From Malacoraja senta (taxonomy: Eukaryota): a stretch of 64,000 bases of DNA. The notes under the pieces were generated by a model. The model saw nothing but the letters and a program-made list of their open reading frames with translations. It was not told the origin of the DNA and searched no databases. Both the position numbers and the translations under genes were made by a program. The DNA lies in assembly GCA_038087875.1 (NCBI GenBank), contig CM075977.1, positions 310,496,001-310,560,000 on the forward strand, given 5' to 3'. Positions 25,439-37,640 of this stretch are shown in pieces; position 1 is the stretch's first letter, and each line of letters opens with the position of its first letter.

Positions 25439-26539
25439 TCGCTTTTAAAGTCGTTTGCTCAGACTGGTTTTTTAAAAAGATTGAATGATTGATGGTTTAA
25501 GTTGCTAACAAGCTGGTTTTGATGTTATTTCACTGACTGTGAATGAGCAATTCATTAGTACGTCTCGCCGATTGAAAAACATTCTCCCTTGTTTTATTGG
25601 AACGTTTTTGTTTGTCATCTATAAACAGTGAGCTATAAATTGGACACCAGTGTGCAGTGAAGATGGAAGCAAGATGTTTGCAGCCATTCAGATTTTCAAG
25701 GCGTTCTTCCAAGCAATCCTTCTGGCAGAAAGTAAAGCTCTGAATGTAGTGCTGGAGGGGTGATTGTGGCAGGGGAGGGGGTTGGTGAGGGCTTGTTGAG
25801 AACCAGGGACATGTGGTGGGTGAGGCGGTACAGGGAAATCAGGGGTGGTGTGGAGAGAGTGAGAGGCAATGGAGGTAGGGGGAGGGCAATGTAACCACTG
25901 GCTTCCCATGACAAGCTGAAACTTTAACTGCGGACAGAAGATTTCCGTAAAATCAGTGGAGGCTTTCTTCAAGTATATTAATCAGGTTTCAATTATCCTG
26001 TCATGAAGGACCATGTTTAACTATGGGCCTGAGCAGGGTAGTGATGATGGAAGTAAATGAGGGACAAGAAAAGAACGTGCATTCCAAAACGTAACTTGAA
26101 ACTCCTTTCACCTTGCGAAACCCCACAATTCCTGATCGATTCCTTTAATGTAACATTAAGTACTGAGGCCGCTGAATTCTGTTGGTATATTTTCAACAAT
26201 CAGGGAACCACTTTCTGCTGTCTTCGAGTTGTAGAGTCAAACAGCCTGTTGGTCCAACTCATCCAATGCCAACCAATCAGACATAAAAACAGCTTTTTCC
26301 ATGAGTAGTAGCTCTACTAAATAACCAAAAATCTGTAGCCTCCTTTTGCCCTGGTATTTTATTTAATTCACATGTTTAATCAATAATGTTGATTAATGCA
26401 AATTCCTTGTATGTGAATACTTGGCCAATAAACTTATTCATTCATTCATTCATTCAACATGCCACATTTACCTGCAAATGGCCCGCATCCCTCTAAACCT
26501 TTCTTATCCATGTACCTTGTACACGTTGGAATTCAGAAG

Positions 26540-26945
26540 ACTGAGGGGGATCTTATAGAAACTTACAAAATTCTTAAGGGGTTGGACAGGCTAGATGCAG
26601 GAAGATTATTCCCGATGTTGGGGAAGTCCAGAACTAGGGGTCACAGTTTAAGGATGAGAGGGAAGACTTTTAGGACCGAGATGAGGAAATCATTTTTTAC
26701 ACAGAGAGTGGTGAATCTGTGGAATTCTCTGCCACAGAAGGTAGTTGAGGCCAGTTCATTGGCTATATTTAAGAGGGAGTTAGATGTGGCCCTTATGGCT
26801 AAAGGGATCAGGGGGTATGGAGAGAAGGCAGGGATGGGATACTGAGTTGGATGATCAGCCATGATCATATCAAATGGCGGTGCAGGCTCGAAGGGCCTAA
26901 TGGCCTACTCCTGCACCTATTTTCTATGTTTCTATGTTTCTATGT
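26540..26945 (+). mobile_element. Young CR1 3' end
   Basis: Near-identical to 14805-15200; (TTTCTATG)n tail. Confidence 0.9.
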
Positions 26946-28799
26946 TACCTCGCCAAATATTTTTTAAATTTGTTAAAAAATCAAACGGGTCATCTCCAAC
27001 GGGTCTGCACTTGTCTCCCTTAAAAGTAAAATGCTCACACCACTAACAAGGTGAAGCAACATCAGAACCAGTTGTCTGTAGCAGACCATAATTTTCAAAT
27101 GTACGTCAAGTCTACAAACTTTGCCCATGAAGATTCTGGAAATTAGAAGTGTAAACAGAAGATTGTCAACGGCGCTTTATCATCACATGTGTAAACTCAA
27201 ATTCTTTTTTTGTTTTGCATAAAGATCAGTAAAGTATTGCCATACCTAAGCACAATTCCCAATTAACAAAGTGAACAAAAATAGTCCACTGAGACCACAT
27301 GCAAAGGCGATTAAGCATAGGCAGCATCTGTGAACAGAGAAATTAAGTTAACATTCCAGGTCAAAGACATGACTCAGTGGTGGCATTTTGAATATGTTTT
27401 GACCTGTCTTTGGATATTAAGGTAATTTTACAACAAATGATTCTTATTATGCGTTCCAATAAATAAAAATATATATACCTCCCATTTAATTAGATCCATA
27501 TTAACATCAATCTATTTGCTAGTTTGCTTTAAAAGTTCTGAGAATGAAAACCATTTAAAATTCGGCTTAGTTACATTTTAAGTCATATTTAAATTTGTAA
27601 AAGAGACCTAAACAGTATCATACAACAGTTAGAACAGCACAATGTCTTTCCATTATTAATTCATCCGTTATTAATACTTAATAGATTGTTTGATCTATTC
27701 GTGAGTGAAAGATAAAATGGATGCTTGATTCAGATGCAAAATAATTACTACAATAAGTAGCATTGTAGTCGTGGTGGTATTGTAGTAGTAAGTGAAAAAA
27801 AAGCACAAGTTTCCACGTTGTTTGTTCTTTCCATATGAAAAGGCTGTCAGAATTTCATGGGTGGCCTTGCTCAAGGAATCCATTAATCTTGAAGCAAAAG
27901 TTCAGTGAGGTCAATGGGGATCAACATGAGTCCAAAAGTCAAACCCTGCAGCTTGAGTGAAGCACCAGACACATGCACTCTTATTGAAATTCAATGCAGA
28001 AGCTCTAAAATCAATGAGATTAACAGATCTTCCTGAAGGATGATACAATGGGGGTTAAACTTTCATTAGTAAAGCAAAGCTGTTGATGATAACTCAGCAA
28101 TCCGTAGCACACCTCAGCTGATTTACGTTCCAGAGAAAACAAAGAAATAGACATTTGTGCGCAGGGCAAAACTGATTGCTTCTTCTTATCGAGTCCACAT
28201 GACAAGATTAGAAATTGTTCAGCCAGAGCTGAACACACTTCTTGGCATCCGCCTACAATGGCGTCTTGCGCTTCTTGTGCGCAGTGGTGGAAAGATTGGT
28301 GGAAACAGGGCCGCGACGTGTACGCCCTTGACCACAACTGACTGCTGATTTAGACTCATGTTATCCATCTGCAGGAAAATATTGTTATCTCACATCTTTC
28401 GAAACTCAATCTTTTCCTCAGTGTAAATCCTAAATATTTGTTGCTTATGTAATCTTAGTTTATTGCATCACATATATTTTTGTAAGATTTATAATAATAA
28501 CTAGACTAAGTGGGACCCGTTGGGTCCCATGTTCACACGGGAGGGCTGGTCCCCCGACGCAATATTCTACCTCTCCACCAATTCCAATATTGGTGGCCAG
28601 TGGGGGGGGGGGGGGAGGTTTCTGGAGCGCTGGTATGGGTGTTGTTGGCTGCAGGGACTACTGGTCCCCAGAGGGCTAGTATGGACATTGTGGGCCAAAT
28701 GGATTATTGGGGTGGCAGCTCAGTCCCTCAAGCATAATGTGCTGGCAGCTCACTCACGGCTGGTGGGCTGGCAGTTGACTCACGGCTATTCCTTGAAAT

Positions 28800-29195
28800 T
28801 CCATTTCAAGCAGAGTGCAAGGCCACCAAATTCAAATCCATTTTGCTACCATTTCAAGCAGGGTGCAAGGCCACCAAATTCAAGTGCAGTTTCTTACCTC
28901 TTCGAGCAGGGTGCAAGGCCACAAAATTCAAGTGCAGTTTCATACCACTTCAAGCAGGGTGCAAGGCCACTAAATTCAGGTTCAGTTTCCCACCACTTCA
29001 AGCAGGGTGCAAGGCCACCGAATTCAAGTGCAGTTTCCAACCACTTCAAGCAGGGTGCAAGGCCACCAAATTCAAGTGCAGTTTCATACCACTTCAAGCA
29101 GGGTGCAAGGCCACCAAATTCAAGTGCAGTTTCATACCATTTCAAAGAGGGTGCAAGGCCACCAAATTCAAATGCAGTTTCATACCATTTCAATT
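28800..29195. repeat. 48-bp minisatellite, about 8 copies
   Basis: Unit CAAGCAGGGTGCAAGGCCACCAAATTCAAGTGCAGTTTCATACCACTT. Confidence 0.95.
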
Positions 29196-29561
29196 GGGGT
29201 GAAACCACCATAAAAACCACCATAAAACCACACAAAACACCACACTCACAGTTCAGTAGACATTCAGTGTGTTCAGTTGATACACAGCTCAGACAGAGTC
29301 GTGACCTCTCCCTCCCCCATCATGCAGAGACTGAGCCCCACCCACACATCCGGGTTTTATAACCCCATGGCGTGATTGACAGGAGAGAGATTCTCAACAT
29401 TTTTTAAACACTAATAACACTTTTGTTTTTCATTGATGGGAAGAATCCTCTGCACCTGATGAGCGGAGGGGAACTGAGTAAGATGGCCAAATATCACAGC
29501 CGTAAGTTGTAGCGTTTTATCTAAAATCAATATAGTGCAAACAGGGAGTTGTCAAGTTTAG

Positions 29562-29940
29562 ACAAACAACCATTTGCAGGCAGTGCCTTTTCACTTCAAC
29601 CCAAACCCCCCAAACAACCATTTGCAGGCAGTGCCTTTTCACTTCAACCCAAAACCCCCAAACAACTATTTGCAGGCAGTGCCTTTTCACTTCAACCCAA
29701 ACCCCCCAAACAACCATTTGCAGGCAGTGCCTTTTCACTTCAACCCAAACCCCCCAAACAACCATTTGCAGGCAGTGCCTTTTCACTTCAACCCAAACCC
29801 CCCAAACAACCATTTGCAGGCAGTGCCTTTTCACTTCAACCCAAACCCCCCAAACAACCATTTGCAGGCAGTGCCTTTTTACTTCAACCCAAACCCCCCA
29901 AACAACCATTTGCAGGCAGTGCCTTTTTACTTCAAACCAA
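29562..29940. repeat. Triplet-length minisatellite of about 50 bp, about 7-8 copies
   Basis: Unit ACAAACAACCATTTGCAGGCAGTGCCTTTTCACTTCAACCCAAACCCCC-like; in-frame repeat in all ORF translations. Confidence 0.93.
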
Positions 29941-30313
29941 CCATATTTTCATTTTCAAACCACATTAAGGGCACTCACAGTTGAGTAGACATGTGTTCAG
30001 TGTTATTCAGAGCTTAGAGAGACGTGACCCTCTGGCTTCCTCCAGCTTGCAGAGACTGAGTGAGGCACACCACTTCCTGGTTTTATAGTCCCTCCCCCTC
30101 CCTCCAGCAGGGGCAGCAGAGAGAATGGCAATTTTTTAAAAAACATTAATATCTCTCTGATTTTTCATCGATGGAAAAAATCCTCTGGTCCAGGAAAGCG
30201 GAGGGGGGCTCTGAGCAAAGTGGCCAATAATGATGGCCATAGGTGGCGGCATTCTCTCGGAAATCCCAGCACAGTGAGCCAAAAGCGGTCACGATCAGAC
30301 TTTTAGTAATATA

Positions 30314-30770
30314 CTAGACCAAGTGCAGACCCGTTGGGTCTGGTCCCCGAAAGTGCTTCACACCCCGGGGTGTTGTTCCCGAAGGTGCTTCAGACCCCGG
30401 GGTGAAAATCTACGTAAAAAAGATGGCGTCGTTTTCGGAAGAAATCTGAGAAATCGGCAAAAAAAAGATGGCGTCGTTTTCGGAGAAAATCGGAGACAAT
30501 CGGAGAAAATCGCGTGGGGGTGGGGGGGGGTGGATTTTATTTAAAAAAACGTGTACATAAACACGACCGAATTTAATCAGGAGTGGCTAATCGTAAAGAT
30601 AAATGTCATCTCTTTGGAAATGGTAACAAATATGGGCCTTTCCGCACGCTGTGTGGGCCAGGGGCGGTATGAAAGGGGATTTGGTGAAAGTCAGGCAGAC
30701 ACAAGTCAGGCAGACACGTCAGGCAGCCACAAGTCAGGCAGCCACAGAGTTTTATAGATAGATAGATAGA
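30314..30770 (-). mobile_element. Short Helitron joined head-to-tail to the preceding Helitron
   Basis: Minus strand 5' A|TCTATCTATC...TATAAAACTC; 3' CAGACCC-AAC-GGGTCTG-CACTTGGT-CTAG. Confidence 0.75.
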
Positions 30771-31188
30771 TATACAATAAATTGTATATATTATAGGCAT
30801 TGTTATATACAACAGTTAGAACATCACAATATCTTTCCATTATGAATTCATCCATGATATTATTATTATATATTTTTATATACTGTATATTGTATATATT
30901 ATAGTTATCATTACTGTTAATGCTTAAAAAGCACAAAATAAACCTCTGAGCCAGTCCACAGAAGGAAATGTTCAAAAATGTTTCCACTATATAGCTCCTT
31001 GAACAACCCTGGATGCTCCAAAAGATTTTACACCGTTTTTTTACACAATGTTACAGTTCTAGTGTTAGAAATTTATTTAAATGCACTGGGCATTGAATAG
31101 TTTGCTTCTGATGGTCAGTGTTGCTAAAATGATTGCCATCCTTTCATTGGTGACCTGGTGTGTACCAGGCAAAACAGTCTGAGCTCAG

Positions 31189-31280
31189 AAGATATACACA
31201 AAATGCTGGAGTAACTCAGCGGGACAGGCAGCATCTCTGGAGAGAAGGAATGGGTGACGTTTTGGGTCGAGACCCTTCTC
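31189..31280 (-). mobile_element. Penelope-derived short element
   Basis: Family sequence with partial hammerhead; TSD TCTGAGCTCAG/TCCGAGCTCAG (31178-31188, 31281-31291). Confidence 0.7.
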
Positions 31281-31572
31281 TCCGAGCTCAGTGTGATGTC
31301 TCTGTGGGGTTGGTTAATCTCTGCAAGGGTCACTGCCAATGGCTTCAGTGAGTACTGCCATCAGCTTCACAATTAATCTAATCTGCAAGTAGCTCTGAGG
31401 CTCTGCGGTAGCCACGTCTATGTCTCCAAGCAATCTTTTCTCAATCTGGCGGATCCTTTAATGACAAAAGAAGGTTGCTCCAGTCTGTTGCTTTAGTTAA
31501 TGGTTCTAAGCCATTATCCCCTGCAAATGAGAGGGAAGACTATTGCTGAACACGTTGCAATGTCTGCATACA

Positions 31573-31752
31573 ATGACTAGTATTTAAAGTGTGTGAACAA
31601 AGATCATCCACCAATGACCATGGGATAAATGGAGCCTGGTCCCATAGCATCTTTCCTCTCTCTTTTCAGGAGGTAATGGGTTGGAATAGTTAACTAAAAC
31701 AGCAGAATGGAGCAAGCATCTTCTTTCTTCAGTGGGTCAGCCACTTAAATAT
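31573..31752. repeat. 180-bp local direct repeat, copy 1
   Basis: Aligns end to end with 32509-32688 with few substitutions. Confidence 0.9.
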
Positions 31753-32117
31753 GTGTGACTGTTGGAATAGTCATATATTTGAGGTCAACTATTTTGCACC
31801 TTCAACTAAACTTGATCACATTTATTTGGACATTAAATTTCTTCCAACCCTGGGACCAGATCCCTGGGACATTCCCGTGGACATTGAACTCTCTGTCCAC
31901 ATCTTTTCAAATGCTTTATCTCAAACTCTGTGGTTTGCTGGGTTTCCTGTGTGCCAGACCTCTCTGCTGTTGTCTACCTCTTCACGAGGCTATCTAGGAC
32001 CTCGTTAGGGGCACAAAATGACTATTTCTTGCATATATTTCTTTCTGTATTTCTCTTCCATTTGAGGGATGTGGCATGACTTTGGTCAGCACCAGTTAGT
32101 TTCAGCAGATTTATTTT

Positions 32118-32457
32118 TATTTAGTTTAGAGATACAAAGCAGTAACAGGCCCTTTAACCCACCGAGTCCACCCCGACCAGTGATCCCCGCACATTAACGC
32201 TATCCACACACATTAGGGACAATTAAATTTATACCAAGCCAATGAACCTACAAACCTGTACGTCTTTGGAGTGTGGGAGGATACCGATGATCATGGAGAA
32301 AACCCACGCAGTTCACTGGGAGAACAAAAAGTCCGTACAGACTGCACCCGTAGTCAGGATAGAACTACGCTGGCGTGGATCATATACGGTGGTGCAGCGG
32401 TGGAGTTGTTGGGTCTCTGGCGCTGTAAGGCAACAACTCTACCGCTGCACCACCGTA
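32118..32457 (-). mobile_element. tRNA-derived V-SINE (HE1-like) with internal inverted duplication
   Basis: A-box head, V domain, CR1-like tail. Confidence 0.8.
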
Positions 32458-32508
32458 TATGATCCATGGAAGAACTAACGCTTACTGTGCACCAAAGGGG
32501 AAAAAAAC

Positions 32509-32688
32509 ATGACTAGTATTTAAAGTGTGTGAATAAAGATCATCCACCAATGATCATGGGATAAACGGAGCCTGGTCCCATAGCGTCTTTCCTCCCTCTG
32601 TTCAGGAGGTAATGGGTTGGAATAGTTAACTAAAACAGCAGAATGGAATAAGGATCTTCTTTCTTCAGTGGGTCAGCCACTTAAATAT
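32509..32688. repeat. 180-bp local direct repeat, copy 2
   Basis: See 31573-31752. Confidence 0.9.
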
Positions 32689-33177
32689 TTAGCCTATAGT
32701 GTTTCGGAGCTGACGGGTGCTACTACTTTAACCTATGAGGCACCAGTTCCTATGAAATCAATGTTCTTGGCACTATTTTCACCCCTGTGATCTGTGAATT
32801 CAATTTGCGTCTCTTCTATAGTCCTTCCGTTCTACTCAAGGTTCTTTGGAGAACAAGGAAAGCGTGGAAGGTATTCCCAAGATCTTCCTTTTGTTATGAC
32901 CCTCTGCTGCATGCAAGGGACTAACCTGAAGGGATGGACACACCAACCTTCCTTCCCCCTCAGCTACCAATACTTTGTTCAGTACTACCTTGTGGTAGCA
33001 CAGCTGCGGTCAGGAATTAGTCAGCAGAGAAAGCAATTGCCAGACATCAACATTCTGCTCCACTGAGAGACCAATCTGACTGCCCTCAAGTCATTTCTCT
33101 ATAAACAAGAGCTTTTGAACACAAGGCTGAATTGATTCAGTGAAAGCTAACGTCATTTTCTTAAGAAGTACACTTAA

Positions 33178-33447
33178 CTAGTTTAGTTTAGTTGTGAGAC
33201 TGAGACCGAGCCAACCAACGTTCCCCACACGCAAGCACTATCCTTCACATTAGGGATAATTTACAGTTCTTACCAAAGCCAATTAACCTACAAACTGTAC
33301 GTCTTTGGAGTGTGGGAGGAAACCGGGGAAAACACACGCAGTCACAGGGAGAACGTACAAACTCCGTACAGACAGCACCCGTAGTCAGGATCAAACCCGG
33401 GTCTCTGGCGCTGCAAGGCAGCAACTCTATGCAGCACCACTGTGCCG
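33178..33447 (-). mobile_element. tRNA-derived V-SINE (HE1-like)
   Basis: GCACAGTGGTGCTGCATAGAGTTGCTGCC...GGGTTTGATCC head, V domain. Confidence 0.85.
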
Positions 33448-34733
33448 CATCTGAAAACTGGCAAACTGTTTTCAAACAGTTGCAAACTGTTTCAAAATTG
33501 CAAACTGGCAGAACAATTGAGTCAGGCAGTTGGGCCAACTTAGTATGCATCAAATCCAATTTTTTTTTAAGTCAAAAATCTGATTCAAGTAAAAGAGATA
33601 GCCTACTGGATTCATACAAATTGCTTATATTGGAAAGATAAATATCATCAAATTATTCCTGGTGGAGAATATGATGTCCCGTGAATTCAGGATTAAAGCT
33701 CAGTATTTCTTAGTGAATGGAGTGATACTTAAGTATTCTTTGAAAAGAGAGTCCCATTTAATTTTTTGGCTTGAGGACCATAGAATTGACATACATGACA
33801 GTGGCAGCCGAAAGATAAAATGCAATACAATTTACCATACATTGTGATCTATTGTAATGCAAAGCTAATGTGCATATGGTGGCCAACACTGACCTTAATT
33901 TACCAGATCAGTTTTATGATGAGCACATTTGTAGCATGACCCTTGATTTAAGATTACCCTTAAACAATTTGCGTGGGAGGGTTTGTTGATTACAGGATGT
34001 TTTCATTTGACTCCCAAGAAGGTAAGATGAACATTTTATTTATGTTGCAATGGCTATAAAAAAACACTGCTTTATGATCACTCTTGTTCCAGCCAGCATA
34101 GCAGTTAGTTAAACATTCCAGTCTCCATAGGAAGAAGTATGAAATTTGAGTAGTTGAAACATTTTGGGAAGCAAAAACTATAGAAACAAATACAAATTTA
34201 AAAATATCTGGTATGAGCAGTGAGCTGCCAAAATAAATACCAGGAACGTAAAACTAGAAATGTGTCAGTTTAGAATGAATAGCTCATTCATTCCTTTGTG
34301 TGACACGTACAGATCGTACGTTAACATTTGATGCCGATTTTTAATACTCAGACATCAGAAAATATTAAGGTACTTTTATCCTGTTCCAGTATTTTGTTAA
34401 GAAACCATTCAGGAGCAATTGTCTCGACCTGTAATAAAAACTCTTCAGAAAAACTAATTGTTTTGCTTCACATTTTTTACTTTTTTTTATTTGAAGGCTA
34501 TTTTATAAAAAATGTTGATTAAAACAAAATCCACAATAGTTTACTTCTGATCTAGAAACATTTATTCAGAGTACTGAAACATGTGAATGGATTTCAATTT
34601 AAATGCTTCTTAATATTTTCTACATTCATTCTGAAATAATGTTTTCTACATTTCATCCAGAAACAAGGCAAAGGAAGGATAGGAAAAATTTGTCATTTAT
34701 TTTTTGCAGCATTTATATTTATATATAAGTATG

Positions 34734-34735
<2 letters not shown>

Positions 34736-34772
<37 letters not shown>
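34736..34772. repeat. (TA)n microsatellite
   Basis: Direct reading. Confidence 0.95.
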
Positions 34773-34775
<3 letters not shown>

Positions 34776-34999
34776 CAGTACGAGATGGACACAATGCATC
34801 CTGTAAAGATTACATTGAAGTTATTTTATCGGCTATGATGACACCACATACACATGTAAATTGCATATCGGTGAAATTGAGAAATGTTTAAATGGAAATC
34901 CGTTCAAATATCTCAATACTCTGAATTAATTGTTTTCAATTGAAGAGAAATCAGATGAGCTCTCTAAATTCTTGAAGATGCATCCACAGCAGCGCTGAT

Positions 35000-37315
35000 G
35001 AGTCGAGTCGAGTCAAGTCAAGTCAATTTTATTTCTATACCACATTTAAAAACAACTCTCGTTGACCAAAGTGCTTTACATCAGTGCAGGTACTAACGTG
35101 CTACATACAATGGTACACAGATCTAACAATACATACATAAATACATACAACGCTCCCTCAGAGGACCTCAAGAAACGCTTGTGAGTAGAAATAGGTTTTA
35201 AGTCTAGACTTAAAGGAGTTGATGGAGGGGGCAGTTCTGATGAGAAGAGGGATGCTGTTCCACAGTCTAGGTGCTGCAACCGCAAAAGCGCGGTCGCCCC
35301 TGAGCTTAAACCTGGACCGTGGGATAGTCAGTAGCCCCAAGTCGGCCAACCTGAGAGACCTGGAGGTAGAATGGTGGGTTAGCAGATTTTTGATATAGGT
35401 GGTGGCAAGCCCATTAAGGGCTTTGTATACATATAGGAGGAGCTTCAAATTGATTCTGTACCGCACTGGGAGCCAGTGGAGAGAGGCCAGAATCGGGGTG
35501 ATTTGGTCCCTTTTACGGGTACCTGTCAGAAGTCTCGCTGCGGCGTTTTGGACCAATTGCAGGCAGGACAGGGATGATTGGCTAATGCCAGTGTATAGGG
35601 AGTTGCAGTAATCAAGGCAGGAGGAGATAAATGCGTGGATGATCTTTTCAAGGTCGTCGAATTGGAGGAATGGTTTGATTTTAGCAATCGTGTGAAGCTG
35701 GAAGAAGCTAGCTTTTACCACAGCATTGACTTGTTTGTCAAACTTCAATACGGAGTCAAATATCACGCCAAGGTTTTTGACGTGCGCTTTGAGTAAGGAG
35801 GTTAGGCTTCCAAGGCTGCCTGCTATCGTTTTGATGGAGTCCGAGGGGCCGAGTAGGATGACCTCAGACTTGCTTTCATTTAGTTGGAGGAAGTTCAGCG
35901 CCATCCAACACTTTATATCCTCGAGGCAGTGCATAAGGCTGAGTAGATTTGATCGGTTCTTGGGTTTCAGGGGGAGATAGAGCTGTGTATCGTCTGCATA
36001 GCAGTGGAAGGAAATGCTGTGCCTTTGAATGACTTGGCCTAGGGGGAGCATATACCGATAGAAGAGAATGGGGCCTAGGATGGAGCCTTGTGGAACCCCG
36101 CAGCAAAGGCTAGCTGGGGAAGAGAAAGAGTTGCCTATGTTTGTAGAGAAACTCCTATCTTTGAGGTAGGAAACAAACCAGCTCAGGGCAGTGCCATCAA
36201 TACCAACCCCATACCGGAGACGGTCAATTAGGATGGTATGGTCCACTGAATCAAACACTGCGCTGACGTCGAGAAGGAGCAGGATTGCACAGTCGCCGGA
36301 GTCGATGGCGAGAAGCAGGTCGTTTTGTACCTTCAACAAGGCAGACTCTGTGCTGAGGAGGGCTCTGAAACCTGATCGGAAACTTTCCAGGATGATATTT
36401 TGTTGTAGGTAAGGCATTAGTTGATTTAGAATTACCTTTTCGAGGACTTTTGAAAGGAAAGGCAGTTTGGAAATAAGTCTGTAGTTGCTAGGCAAGGTGG
36501 GGTCTAGGTTAGGTTTTTTCAGGAGGGGCTGGACCACCGCATGCTTGAAACAGGAACAGTGCCAGTGGCCAGAGAACTGTTGATGATAGAGAGGATGCTG
36601 GGACCAGCTATTGCAATGACATCCTGCAGAAGGGCAGTGGGGACAACGTCGAAGGGGCAGGTTGCAGGTTTCACAGTGGAGACCAGCTTTACAAGGGAGG
36701 GTAGAGTAACGGGTTGGAAACAGTCTAATTTAGAAGAACAGACCAATGAGACAGCTAGGTTGCGGATGGGAGGGGAAATATTTGTTCTAATGTTCTCAAC
36801 TTTGCTGGTGAAAAATGTAGTAAATTCTTCGCACTTAGCAGGGGACCCAGCTAAGCTGGTACTGGGGGAAGGACACATGACAGAGGTAATGGTACTAAAT
36901 AGGACCTTGGAATTATGGGCGTTTTTGGAAATAAGGTCAGAAAAGTATTGTGTTCTCGCAGACTTTACTGCTTCCTGGTATTTGAGAAGATTTTTCCTCA
37001 GAATTTCAAAGGAAATTTGAAGCTTATCAGATTTATACTTCCGTTCTGATTTTCTGCACTCTCTTCTTAGGGCTCTGGTGGTGTCATTGAGCCAGGGCCA
37101 ACCTTTAGGCGTAGGCTTTTTCATTTTAAGAGGAGCAACAGAATCCAGGATGGAAGAGCAAGTGGTATTGAATAAATAAATGAGGTCGTCAGTGCTGAGA
37201 TGGAGGGGAGATGCCTTGATGGTGCTGATGTCGGGAGCAGCTATGAGAGCCTCAGAGAACTTAATGGCAATCGAAGAGTTTATGTAGCGGGAGTAGTGAA
37301 CAGGGAGATGGGATT
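35000..37315 (-). mobile_element. L2-clade LINE, 5'-truncated, RT region largely open
   Basis: PLLKKPNLDP..NYRLISKLPFLSKVLEK, GVPQGSILGP, CYADDTQLY, LASLHWLPV; 3' AAGCACTTTGGTCAAC...AATAAAA plus (TTGAC/TCGAC)n tail; frameshift near 36540. Confidence 0.93.
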
Positions 37316-37352
37316 TTGAGGGATAGGGAGTTCCTATATTTTACTAGTCTGT

Positions 37353-37640
37353 ACAGCGGTAGATTTGCTCCCTTACAGAGACCCAGGATCGATCCTGACT
37401 ACAGATGTGTGTACGGGGTTTGTACATTCTCCCCGTCACCACGTAGGTTTTCCCTGGATGCTCCAGTTTCCTCCCACACTCCAATGACGTACAGGTATGT
37501 AGGTTAATTGGCTTTGTTAAAAATTGTATATTGTCCCTAGTGTGTAGGATAATGCTGGTATACGGGGATCGCTGGTCGGCGCGGACCCAATGGGCCGAAT
37601 GGCCCGTTTCCGCGCTGTATCTCTAAACTAAATTAAACTA
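37353..37640 (+). mobile_element. tRNA-derived V-SINE (HE1-like)
   Basis: CAGCGGTAGA...GATCGATCC head, V domain, GGCCGAATGGCCCGTTTCCGCGCTGTATCTCTAAACTAAA tail. Confidence 0.85.

Larger units (their letters stand above)
28501..30313 (-). mobile_element. Non-autonomous Helitron, two-cassette family
   Basis: Minus strand 5' TATATTACTAAAAGTCTGATC; 3' GGGACCC-AAC-GGGTCCC-ACTTAGT-CTAG|T; collinear with 48978-54502. Confidence 0.85.

Noticed and set aside
28800-29940. CRISPR-like leader plus repeat arrays
   Set aside because: Units are contiguous tandem copies with no unique spacers, there are no cas genes, and the context is vertebrate. They are Helitron-internal minisatellites.
28520-29984. Repeat-protein ORFs (KQGARPPNSSAVSYHF)n and (MVVWGVWVEVKRHCLQ)n
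   Set aside because: Open frames follow from triplet-length units. The sister copy has a 41-bp array and frameshifted 48-bp units, so coding is not conserved.
34995-35025. CTGATGAG hammerhead core
   Set aside because: Junction of flank with the L2 microsatellite tail; no stem II or GAAA box.
35158-36537. 459-aa ORF as a host gene or active RT
   Set aside because: It is L2 RT in a 5'-truncated, frameshifted copy lacking the endonuclease.
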